Source: Neocallimastix sp. 'constans'
Taxonomy: Eukaryota
DNA length: 64,000 nt
Assembly: GCA_050613775.1 (NCBI GenBank)
Contig: JBODTK010000131.1
Span: forward strand, 248,001-312,000
Reading direction: 5' to 3'
How positions within the stretch are numbered: the first letter of the stretch is position 1; each line of letters opens with the position of its first letter. Shown here in pieces: positions 25,409-38,250 of the stretch. Below the pieces are notes generated by a model, which searched no databases, was not told the DNA's origin, and saw only the letters and a list, made by a program, of their open reading frames with translations. The translations under genes and the position numbers were made by a program.

Positions 25409-27453
25409 TGCAAAGTAGAAACGAAAAAAATTACAAAACGAAATAAAAAATTTAAACCATTAAAAGTAGGAAATTAAATACAATTATTAATTTTGTTTAT
25501 AATTTATTCATTTATAAAAATGTAAAATAACAGTTACATCGATCCCAATTGTATGAATTTTTTTTTTTTTTTTGGACTATTTATATTTTTTTTTAATTAC
25601 ACTATTATTATGTTATTTAATTTAAATATATCATAAAATAATTATATTGTGGTTAATCGAAATCCTAAACTATAATTATTAATAAAACTAATTTTAAATC
25701 GTTAATTTAATTCTAATTACTATTTAAATTGAATAGAATCAAATTATTATGTATTTATTATTTTAATATTATAAATAAATTTTATATTTATTACTAACTT
25801 AAAAACAATAAGAAAAGAATCATAAATAAATTTTTGAGTGTAATTTTCACAACAAAAATTATTAATTTATTTTAATTTGAACTTTATTTAATTGATTTTA
25901 AATTATTGTATTTTTTTTCAGAAATGTTTTAAGAAATATTTTTACTTATAAAAATTTTATCTTGTGGCTTTAAATGATTTTAGTACGAATATTGTAATAA
26001 TTTACAAACGTATATCAAGAAATAATTTTCATTTACAAGTAACACATGAGAAATTTTTAATTTAAAAGGGTGGTTGGGGAAAATGACATCTTTACAATCT
26101 CCCTCCTTAAAAGTCGAGCTCCTGCGAGATTGTGGTTTTCTTGAAGTGAATATCCATCGTGAAAGGTTGGTATTTGTGTCTAACGCCGTATTTCAGTTTC
26201 ATTCAATTCATCATCATTTCCTGGTTGGCTTCCTTTTCGGAGTCTTCTTTTTTTTCGAATTCTTGGATTAATTGTTGATCAGGGATTTAACTTTCTTCAC
26301 TCCAGCTATTGTCTTCCCTATCACGATTCTTTCCAGGAAATAAGTTTTTTTTTTTGCCTTTAATAACCTTCATGTCATTAATTAATTCTTTTAGGAGTTT
26401 TTTTTTTTTTTTTGAATTATCTGTAGTTAACTTTGATATTTCGTCTTTTACTTTTTTTTGATCTGTCAGAAATCTTGTTTTCATAAAAAGGCTCCTACAA
26501 TGAAACGTGGAATAACGTATCTCCTTAGAAAGAATCTAATTCGTAAGCTAAATAGCTTACCTTTTTCTATTATTCTAATGGATGCATCATTGGGTTTGAA
26601 AATTTCCTTTTCCTTTTATTTTTTTTTTTATACTTGTTCCCTTGAGTAAACCAAACTTTATCACCAACTTCAAATCTAGGAGGATCCAATCTTCTTTGAT
26701 CAGCATATTTCTTATAAGTTTTTTTTTTTTTTTTTTTTTATTGCTTTATTTAAATTTTTTTTAAAAAGATTAATATTTTCTCTAATTTCGGTTTTACATA
26801 TGTTTCCGCTCTATTCGGTCTTTCGTTGGGATGGAATGGTCGGATATCCTTTTGGATTAAATTCATAATTTTTTTAAAAAAAAAAAAAAAAAAAAAAAGG
26901 CATTTGATTGATTGATTGATTGATTGTTGTAGGGATTTATTATATGGAAAATTCAACAAATGGTAAAAGATCAGCCCCAATTATTTTTTCTTTCATTGAT
27001 GAAACAACGAAGATGTTATTCCAATATCGCATTCACCCTCTCTGCTTGACCATCAGTTTAAGGATGGTTAGCAGTAGGGAGGTTATATTCAATGTCAGAG
27101 AGACTGCATAATTTCATTCCAAAAAGGACAGAAGTAAATTGAGAGCTTCTATCAGAGATTATTTTATAGATTCTGATAAAACCATGCAAACAAAAAAAAA
27201 AAAAAAAAAATAAGAAAAAAGAAAAAGCATCAGCCACAATAGAAACCATAGGAAAAAAATATGGTCCATTTTTGGGTTAAACAATCAACCATTGACCATA
27301 ATGCAAGTAAAAAAAAAAAAAAAAAAAAAATTTTAGACTTCAGGAGCTTTCTAATAAATTTCATTGATCTATCTGGCCAAGGTCTTTTAGGTGTAGATAA
27401 GGGAGTTAAAGTAGTCCAGAAGGTTTTGTGACGAATACGTGGAATCTTATTTT

Positions 27454-27484
<31 letters not shown>

Positions 27485-28439
27485 ACAACTTATTTCACAA
27501 GATTTAATAAAATTTAGTGACTTCAGATAATAATTTAGGCTACCAAACATTTCATCAAAATTAATTCAGAGGTGTTCTTCATATCAACATGGCCGGAAGA
27601 AATGGAATCGTAATGAAGTTCAAGAACTCTTGTTCTCAAGGATTTTTTTTTGGAGGACATATATTTTAATTATCGATAAGTAAAAATCCTTCCTCATCTA
27701 TTTTGGCTTATATCTATATTTTTGATAGGAGGCACCGAAGACGGGGGGTGTAAGTACCCTTAAGGTAAAAGCTAATTTTGCAATATATACATTATCAGAA
27801 TTTAGAGAAGATAAAATACAATCTGATAAAGATCCATCAAACTTCTTACTAATTTTAAAATAATATTTAGAAACAGTATGTAGACTCGCGAATAAATGGT
27901 CACTTCTTCTCAAGAGAATACTGGGCTTTCCAGATTTCTTTCCAGAAAGGATAAACAACCTTATAATCAAATCTTAACAAAAAAATTCATACCATCTTAA
28001 ATTTGGCGTTGAGAGATACATCCCGGACTTTCCTAGGGAAAGTGAGATTCTTGATGGTAGGTATAGACAACGAATTGATGACGAGCTCCTTCCTAATAAT
28101 ATCGCCATTTCTCATGCGCATATTTTAATGGCTATACTAAATGGTTCTTTATCATAAATTTGGTAGTTTCTTTGACATTGAGTTAGGCTTTTTCGATAAA
28201 AAAAAAAAACTCCAAAGGATGCCATTGGCCTTCAAATTTTTAAGATAAAAAAACGGCACCGACAGCAAAGTTACCGGCATAGGCCTCAACAATAAAAGGT
28301 GTGTTGCTGTCAGGATTTCTTAAGATTGTAGGATTGGAGCAGAAGTGAATCTCTCTTCTAATTTATCCAAAGCTATTTGTTGATCATTACCCCCATATAA
28401 AGGGAACCTTCTTCCTTGGATAATATGTAAACTGGATTA

Positions 28440-28479
<40 letters not shown>

Positions 28480-28769
28480 CAAAATCCTTGATGAAAGGAC
28501 AATAATAATTGCATAATCAAATGAAGGACTGAACTTCTTTGACAGGTGAAGGTAATCGGCCAATCTAGTATGGCTTTAACTTTTTTTTTTTTTTTCATTA
28601 TCCATTTTCTATCCCTCTTTTTAAAAGTACATACTCCAAGGAAGGTGGTTTCGGATTTGTCGATTTAGGATTTTTTTTTAATTTTTTTATATATAAATTA
28701 TTTTCAAGTAATCTTTTTCAAAAAAAACCATTTTAACAAGAACATGATGTTCCTCAATCATCTTTCAAC

Positions 28770-28800
<31 letters not shown>

Positions 28801-31330
28801 ATGTCATCAATGTATGAGATAGCAAAGTCACCTAAATAGTCGCTAAGAACATCATTAATGGAAATGTTGTGAAGGTGGCAGGTGTGTTCTTTAGACCGAA
28901 AGGCATGACTAAGAATTTAAAATGATCATATCAAGTTCTAAAGGTAGTTTTATATTCATCCCCCTTCTTTGATACGAACTAAATTATATGCCTGATTTTA
29001 AATCTAATTTAGTAAATACCTTAGCCCCTTTTTATACTCTCTCTCTAATAACTCGCTAATTAGAGGTAAAGGATTGGAGTTACATATCGTCATTTCGTTT
29101 TAACTTCCTATAATCAATAACTAATCGTAATGTATCATCCTTTTTTCTAATAAATACAACAGGATTTCTGAAGGAGAGGTGGATTTCCTAAATAAAAAAA
29201 AAAAAACCTTTATCTAATCATTCCTATAATTGTTTCTTTCGTTTCTTCACGCTCCAACTCCCTTAAAGGGTTTAACGGACCATAAAATAGACATTGTATT
29301 TATCTTTTTTAAATATTTTATTTCACAATCATTCACCCTATGGTGGTGATGGAACATTGCCATTCTTTTCATTAAATACTCCTTTGAAATCTAAATAGAT
29401 TATTGGTACGGTGACCGAATTTGAATCTTTATTTAAATCGTTGTTATGACACGATTTAGTATCGTTATATGTTTTTAATTTCATTACATGAATATTTTGT
29501 AGTGGCATTATTTACTAACACTATCAAACATAAATTTATCATCTAATTCACCACCACTATCCGATTCATCATTTATCCTATGTTCAAATCGACCTTTAAA
29601 GTGTAAAGATATAATCAAAATCTTTAATACATTAATTAATTTATTGTACATTAGGTTACTTAATGTAATTCACGTTTACATAGTAATACTAATACATTAA
29701 ATTATGTAAAATATATTAATTTATGAAATGAATTAATTTATACAAATTAATCATAAATTTAGAAATATAATATTAATTTCTAAAAACTTAAAATTTAATA
29801 ATAAAATATATTTTAATAATAGAGTTGAGTTTAATTTTAGTTTAGTTTAATTTTAGTTTAGTTTAATAATCATAAAATTAAATACTAAATATATAATTAA
29901 TAATATTAATAATAAAAGAATAATAAATAAATAATAAATAAGCACTAATTCAATTTGAGTCGAAACAAATTGAATAAAAAGTTTATTGAATTAGTTTTAG
30001 TCCTTTTATAACTTTATTTAATTTTAAATTAGTTTTGGTTTATTTTATATTGAATATACGTTCGAATAAATAGAAATAGTATACTATAATATAATTAAGA
30101 AAAAGTATAAATACAGGTAATTTTATTTTATTTATTAAAGAAATGTAGTTGTTTTTAACTATTTTACAGTTAATAACTCATAAAAGAAATTATTTTTTTA
30201 ATAAAGTGATATTAATAAAAGAGAAGTTTTTTTAATAAAGCAAATTTAATTGCGTATTGCTATTAATTGTGTTTTCGTGTAATTATAATCTGTTCCATAA
30301 AAACACTTTACATAAAGTAAGGTTCTGGCTCGGACTCAAATTCGGATTTGGAGTCCCGGGCATTTTAAACGATAGAGTAAGAAGGTTCTTCATTTAACGG
30401 ATTTTCTTTCGATCCTCGCAATTCCTCCTCTAAAAGTACCATTTTGTTTTTTTTACTTTGTTTCTTTTACTTTTGTTTCTTTTCATTACTTCTTTTTTCT
30501 TTTATCATTGTTATAGTGGCGAGCACAGAATCCGGAACTTGAAGGCGATCTTTGCTAAATCATAATAATTACTTGGACAATGTTTGTTAACCCAAGGAAC
30601 ACTGAGAATGACATCAACATCCGGGATTCTAAGAATGTGTAATTGAATGATTTCTAAGGGGCTTTTTGAGGGAAGGATACATTTCTCAGTGGCTTTGTTT
30701 GCCGTAGGGATCCCTTAGCCGATACCAAAAATATTGAAAGGTGTATCGATTTTTTTTTTTTTGATTTCGATTACCTAATTTCATGACAATGTCTGGATGA
30801 ATACAATTTATGTCAGATCCAGAATCAATTAATACCTTGATTTTTGATTCTTCTATATCATTAGTTTTGATATAAAAATCTAATATATTGGTTTTGTTAG
30901 AATATTTTTCCTCACGACAAATTTCTCTTACTGAAAAATTCTTCTCATTCAGGTAGATTAGGGGTTTTCATCATTTTCGGGCAGGTTCCTTTCCTTTCCT
31001 TTCCTTAACATTCTGAGTTTTTTTTTGATCTGATTTTGTTTGGACAGTTGAAACTCATATGTCAAGACTGCTTACCACGAGAACATATTCCATTTCTCCT
31101 TTCTTTGCTATAATCCTTTATATTTTTCACGTTATTTTTTGTTCGAGAGTTATATTTTACATCATTTGGACCTCTCTTTATGCAGTAGAGGTCAATTTCC
31201 TTGGGGCTGTTATGAAGTGTAACTTGTTCATAGTAATCAGTTTTGTCGTTTCTTTTAAGCAAGTTTTTTATATTGAGAATAGTGGTAGAATCATGTTACT
31301 CAGTGAGAAGCACGAAGCCAACAGATAATA
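25409..31330 (-). mobile_element. Decayed Ty3/Gypsy retrotransposon with 3' LTR (~25409-26096)
   Basis: The minus strand shows a Gag Zn-knuckle remnant (~31060), VLIDSGSD (~30820), MPFGLKNTPAT and YIDDI (~28810-28905), then RNase H and integrase. PPT AAGGAGGGAGAT precedes TGTAAAG at 26096. Confidence 0.88.
29602..30312. mobile_element. Solo LTR (711 bp) with 5-bp TSD TAAAG, nested in the Gypsy pol
   Basis: Flanks and termini read TAAAG|TGTAAAG...CTTTACA|TAAAG. Confidence 0.88.
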
Positions 31331-31792
31331 AAAAAACTACAAAAAATAAAATTTGACTCAAACAACTTAACCGTTCGGCGATAAGGAATATATTATATCT
31401 GGCGGTATGTACAAGACTAGATATATTATTCTCAGTAAGTAAATCAGCTAAAAGGTCTATTAACCCAACAATGGAAGATTAGAAATACGTATTAAAAATA
31501 TTTAAATAAATTAAAGGAACAATTAATTAATTAATTACGGAATTTATTTTACAAAAAATAAAAAAGTAGAATCATTTGTTGTTGCGGATTATACTGGGAA
31601 TACTGAAACAAGAACATCAACAGCGATGGGAAATAGTCCAATAAGTTGACGCTCCAAGCTTCAACGTTCAATATCCACATCAAGTACTGAATCTGAATTT
31701 AAGTTAGTTAATTTAGTTATTTTATTTAATTTAGTTAATTTAGTTTAGTTAATTTAAATTACTTTAAAATTAATTTTGGAATGGTTTTAAAT

Positions 31793-32004
31793 TGTTAAAA
31801 TTAGTTTAAATAGTTTATAAAGATAGTTTTGAAATATAAATATATAAACATTAGTAATAAATATTTGTTTATAAATAAATAGTAATATATGTAAATTAGA
31901 TAGGAATGATATATTAAAATGTAATCATGAAAAAATATAAATACATGTAAATTTCATTATTTAAATCGATGTATTAGTTATTGACTATTATATAGTTAAT
32001 AACA
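31793..32004 (+). mobile_element. Copia-type solo LTR (~212 bp)
   Basis: TGTTA...TAACA termini with flanks TAAAT/TAATT. Contains TATAAATACATGTAA, also present in the 1898-2131 LTR. Confidence 0.6.
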
Positions 32005-32134
32005 TAATTTAATTACTGTTTATAATAAAAGATATTTTTTATAAAATGTAAAAGTGAATTTTTTTATTTAATGTGCTTTGTTTTCTTTTTTAAATTATTA
32101 TTATCTGTTTCTTTAAAATAAAAACTTTACATAA

Positions 32135-33030
32135 AGACTTGAACCAATACTAGATCCCCTGACTTATATTCAGCACGCATTCTCCGAATTTGTTTATGCC
32201 TATCACTCCAAAGCTTATTTTGGATTTCAATATTGTTCATTGCTTCTCGTATTCATTTGTGGTAAGTAGTTGTGTAATTTACATAAACATCATGGAGGAC
32301 GAGAAATGCTTTTGTTTTGTCAGAATAGAATTGTGGGCCATTGTCAATTATCAACACTTCGGGGGGGTACCATAATACGCATACACCTTCTTTAAGAACT
32401 TAATCACTTCATTAGAATCTGTTTCTATTAGTGGTTCCGATTCTATCCTCTTACCCACTTAGTTAGGTAGTCTACTCAAACTATTATAAACTTATTTCCT
32501 AATTTAGTTTTCGGTAGAGGACCCAAAAGATCGAATCCAACCTAGGAGAAAGGAAAATCTGGCTTAGTTGGTAGATTTTCTAAGTTTTCATTTTGTTTTT
32601 GGCATTTATACATTTGACACCTTGGGCAACACTTGATGTATATTTGGATTTCTTTATTCAATTCTTTCCAATAGTAGTTAGGTTTCAACCAGTTGTAAGT
32701 TTTATAGATTCCCTTGTGTCCCACCGAATGAGCAGCTTCTATTAGCTGAAACCTCTCTTTTTGATCATCCACTATTTTCTTAAGTCGATCATCTTATTTA
32801 TAATATTTCTTCCCTTCTAATACCAGGATTCTTTGATTAATGAAATCTTTGAAATTTTGTGAGAGCAGTACCGCTTCCTTATCTTCACTAACTAATTCTT
32901 CAACCTCCCTTTCTTGTTTCCATTCTAGATAAAGCATTGGCAATAGCATTCTTCCTTCCCTCTTCAAAAAGAACCTTAATCTTGAGTACACTTAACAGGG
33001 TTACCCACTTTAAATGACGATTATTGGAAA
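32135..33030 (-). mobile_element. Gypsy RNase H/integrase remnant
   Basis: AH..GHKGIYKTY..YYW..CPRCQ (integrase HHCC) and an IIDNGPQF-like core. Confidence 0.8.
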
Positions 33031-33039
33031 GTTCAGTAT

Positions 33040-36000
33040 ACAGTTTTTAATAAAATTATAAACTTTCCTTCAGTATACAGTTTATCTAATCTCTCCAGAA
33101 AAGACAAAATCAACCTTTGGTATCGCCGCCTTAGACATTTTAATATTATTCACCTTAAAAATAAATTGCTTCAGATTAATATTAAATCAAGGTGCCCCGT
33201 TTGTTCCAATTTAAAAATGAAAAACTTCAGTTTTAAAAAAATAGAAAACAAAACAAAGTCTACTTTCGATTTAGTGCATATGGATTTAGTAGGCCCTATC
33301 AACGAATCCCTCTTCAGCAATAAATATTTTTTAACTATCCTTGATGATTTCTCTCGTTTCGGTTAGGTATTCTTTCTCGAAAGTAAAAACGATGCATTCG
33401 ATAAATTTCTTGTTTGGGCAAAAATCATTACTAATATGTTCAACAAAACTATTATTTTCTTACGTTCTGACAATGGTACTGAATTTAAAAATAACAGATT
33501 CAAATCTTTCTGTATTAATCATGAAATCACTCAGCAATTTACAGTACCTCACAATCCTCAACAAAATGAACGTGCTGAAAGGTTTAATGGAACTTTAATT
33601 TCTTCTGCTAAAGCTCTTTTAAATGATGCAAGGCTTAGTCACCAATTTTGGGAATGCGCCGTTAACACTGCAAATTATATACACAACAGAATCCCACATT
33701 TAGGCATTAATAATAAAATTCCTTTTGAAGTTCTTTTTAAGTCAAAAGTTGATTATTCACAATTTAAGGTCTTTGGTTGCAAAGTTTTCTTTTTCGTACC
33801 AAAATGTTTCAGGAACAAATTTGAAAGTAGTGCTCTTCCCGGTATTTTCCTTGGCTACCATCCTCTCTCCTCAGCTTATAAAATCCTTAATCTAGAAACG
33901 AACAAAATTATTCTCTCAAGATCTGTAGAATTCTTCGAAGATAATCCCGCCGATTCTAAACTTATCTCTCGTATCCCTAATATTTTTTCGAATTTTATTC
34001 CCTCTTCCGAAATCAGGGGGAGCGGTAAGTATTTTAATACTAACAATTTCAATAACTCCAATTTATACAATAGAATCACCTTATCACCTATAGAACTCAA
34101 TAATAAAATCAATAAAGTTAGTAATACTTATTCAGATCAAAATTATAAGGATAAAAATAAAAACATAACAAACTCTGAATCAACCCCATCAACTAGTTTT
34201 CTCACAATCAATGATAATGATAGAAGAAATAAAAGAATAAATGAAGATAATACAGTTAATACCATAATCAAAAAAACAAAATTAGAAAAGAAAATAAATA
34301 TTTATTTTAGTGAACCACAAAATTATAAAGATATATTCAACCTACCAGATAAAGATGAATGGATGAATGCAATAAAAGAAAAAATAAACAATATGAAGAA
34401 TATAAATGTTTTTCAAACAGTAAACAATATTCCTAAAAAGGCCAACCTTATATAATGCAAATGGGTATTCAAATATAAACGTGATGAAAATGGAAATATA
34501 ACAAAACGAAAGGCCAGGTTAGTTGGGAGAGGTTTTTCAAAACGTTTGGGTATTGATTATTCAAACACTTTCTCACCAACATTAAAACAAGAATCTCTTA
34601 GAATTATAGTTGCCCTAGCTGTACAAAGAAATTTTGAAATATTTCAAATTGACATCAACGCAGCATACTTAAATGCTGACCTAGACATAGAAATTTATAT
34701 GAAACCACCGGAAGGATACTCATCGGAAAATAAAGGGTTTTGGAAATTAAAGAAGGCACTTTATGGTCTTAAACAAGCAGGCCTCCAGTGGAACGAAAAA
34801 TTAAATGAAACATTAATAAAAATAAATTTTAAAAAGCTCATTAGCAAACCCTGTGTGTACATTAATGAAAATAAAAACAAAGAAATTATTTGTATATTAA
34901 CAATGTATGTAGATGACATTCTAATAATAGGTAAGAAAAATGAAATATTAGATGTGAAAGATCAAATAAAAAATATTTATAAAATTTAAGATATATGCGA
35001 AGTTGATTTCGTAATCGCCATAAAATTCGAAAAACAAAAGAATGGATATATCTTACACCAAAAAGGATATATAAAGGAATTAATTGAAAGATACAATTTA
35101 TCAAATACTAAACCAGTAAGAAATTTAAAACCTGTAAATGAAATTAAAAATATATGCAAAGCTTTCAATGAGACAAGTTATAGAAGTGCCATAGGAAATT
35201 TACTATAATTGGCTGTATGTACAAGACCAGATATAATATTCTCCGTAGTCAGAGCCGCAAGAAAAAGTAAAAACCCAACAATAGAAGACTGCTACAATGT
35301 AAAGAAAATTTTTAAATATCTAAAGGGTACTTTGAATTATAGTATAAAATTTTCAAATGAAAAAACTTTAAGAGTTTTTGCTGATGCTGATTATGCCGGG
35401 GACGAAGAGACAAGAAAATCAACTTCAGGTTTCGTAATGATGATCGGTGACTCACCAACAAGTTGGTATTCAAAATTGCAACATGTCGTCGCTACTTCTA
35501 CGGCGAAATCGGAATATATAAGTGTTAATGATTGTGCAAAACACAGATTGTGGTATATGAACATTTTTAAAGAATTAAATATTAAAATAAAATCGGTGAC
35601 TATAAATACTGATAATAAGGTCGCTATCTATAATTGCCAGAATAGATCAATTAACGCAAAATCTAAACATATTGATATTAAATATCACCACGTAAGAGAT
35701 TTAACAAGTAAAGGTACAATAAAATTAAAATATATTAAGTCCGAGAACAATCTAGCAGATGGATTCACAAAATACCTAAATAGTACATCAATGGATAGAT
35801 TCAGAAATAATTTATTTTTTGAAATCTGATAAAAAAAATAAGAAATAATAATAATAACTATTAATCAAATCAAACTTTAATATCTAAATAAAATTGAAAG
35901 TTAGATTTGAGGGGGAGTGTCAAATAATATAAAAATAATGTAAATTAAAATAAGTTATTCTACCAATAATATTTAAATAAGCACGTATATATATAAAGTA

Positions 36001-36043
36001 AAAATTATATAATAAAATAAAAACTCTCTTAAAATTCTTAACA
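33040..36043 (+). mobile_element. 5'-truncated, pseudogenised Copia (integrase-RT-RNase H, PPT, short 3' LTR from 35918)
   Basis: Motifs HMDLVGP, RSDNGTEF, ALYGLKQAG, MYVDD, DADYAG..RKSTSG and NLADGFTK, split by in-frame stops. GAGGGGGAG|TGTCAA marks the PPT/LTR junction. Confidence 0.92.
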
Positions 36044-36059
36044 ATAAAATATTTTAATG

Positions 36060-37400
36060 TGTTGTTCTCATCTATTTTATTTAATATATTCCTTAGAAGT
36101 CATATTCCCCAGTCATGAGCAAGGTCTTCGTTAACTAGATTTACCCCCGGAACCGGAGTCCAATATGGCAACGGTTTCCCTCATGTCACCGGTAGATGGG
36201 ATTTTCTTTCACAATTTGAACCTGATGAAAACCCAAGAGAAGTATTTATGAAGGAAAATATTTTCTCTTGATTCTGAATTTATTTATTGGAAATCCCTCT
36301 TCGAGTTTTTTGCTTCATTCTATTCTTCACATCTGTATTTTTTTTTATGATTGTTGTTGTTATTCTATAACATGTTACTTTTATTATCCTTAAATTTGTT
36401 GTTGGTTTCATTATTGTTACCATTTCTAGAGAAAAGATGTCCTTTATAGTATTTGAACCTCTTATTCTTCCTATGTTCATTGTCGGCGGAGTTCCTTTTC
36501 CTTTTACTGGAATCAAAATCCCAGTGGCAATCTCTTTCGCAATCGTATTTCATAAGCATACTGAAGTAGTTTCCGATAGTCCTTCTCTGATGTTCTAAAT
36601 CCAACAATTTCTTCTTTATCAACGGATGAACACGGTCTTCGAAAAGTTCTAACTGGAAGATTTCCGGAATTTATAGTTGGGAAGCGTATAACTTGAACTT
36701 GGTAACAAAGTCAGCATCGTTACCCCCACTTATGTTTGATTTCTTTTAATCGTTTGAATCCTAGTGAATCTAGAAAATCTATAAGGTGGAACTTCTTAAG
36801 TTCGTTCCAAAAGTATATTTGAATAGGGATTTTCACCTTGATTCTCATCCATGAAAATATAATACCATTCGGAAGCAGAGCCTAAGTGAGCTTCAATAAA
36901 TTCGACCCTTTTATTTTCGGAAGCATAGAATTTCTCGTAGAAGTCAAACTGGCGTAGGCACATTGAAAAGAATCTTTCGATATATGTGTCTTTACCCTTG
37001 AATGAATTTATGTTATCTAGATGATTTGAGAAGACTTCTAAGGAAGTGATGACAATATCCCCATTATTTTTGATGCTGGTGTTCGAGACCGGGTTCCTTC
37101 AAGTAAGCTTTCCTTTCAGGTTACACATTGAATCCAATAGTAGTTATAGACTTCTCATGAATTGCGTTTGGCTTTCTATAGCTTGGACTATCACGCTGAG
37201 ACAGGTGATGATATTCATTTTAAAATCATCTTTGTTGGTAACATCGGATTAGGAGCTAGCCTTCTTATTAACAGTATCAGCTGTAGATTTACTGGCTTCT
37301 ATGTTAGTGATATCAGGGTAAAGTCAATAAAAAGATCAATGTTAAATACATTAGTTATAGATTAATGTTTACCGGGATATCACAGGATTGTTCTAACTTT
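36060..37400 (-). mobile_element. Gypsy gag-protease remnant
   Basis: AILDSGS on the minus strand at ~36150-36170, with fragmented gag-like frames upstream. Confidence 0.6.
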
Positions 37401-38250
37401 ATTTATTATTTTATTTTATTAATTATGTGATTTAGAATTATCTTTATTCAATATTTAGTTTCTCTCTATTAGAGTAGTAGTAATGCTCTTGAAGGATTAG
37501 TTTTATCTATTTCCAATATGTAAACTTCTTATAAAAATTGATCTTTTTATTGAGAAGAAAAGTTAGAAAAAAGAAAAACGCAAGATTTCTAATTTTTTGA
37601 AGTATTATTTATTTTTGAAGTATTTCATCTAAAGTATTTTTTAGACATAAAGAAAAAATGTAAAAATACTAATGGCTGAACTAATTTATTATGTCTATTT
37701 ATTTCTTTGTTGTGGCGCATTATTATAAAATGTGGCGCATTATTAAAATAAAAGAATTATGATTTTAATTATGAGAAATGCATTACATATAAAATTATAA
37801 ATAAATTAAATAAAATTTAATTATTAATATTTTTTATAAGATAAAGATTCATATTAAAAATAGAAATAAAAATATATTATAAAATATTTTTTTATATTTT
37901 GGACATAAATTATTTTTTTTTAATAGATTGAATATGATTGAATTTCTCTTTGTTTTACTTTATTTCCTTTTTTTTTTTTTATTCCAATCATCTCATATAT
38001 AATTATAAATATTTATATTTTGCATTATATATTTGATTTTAATTAAATGAATTAAAAATATAATATAAAAAAATTTTTTTTTTATTAATTTAAAAAATAT
38101 AATAATATATATTTTATAATAATATATATTTTAAATAAATAATAGCTTTTATAATTATCAATTATATTTATTAAAATAAAAAATAATTTTATATTATAAA
38201 GAATAAATTAGAAAAAATAATAATAAAACACAGTATAAAATACAATTAAT

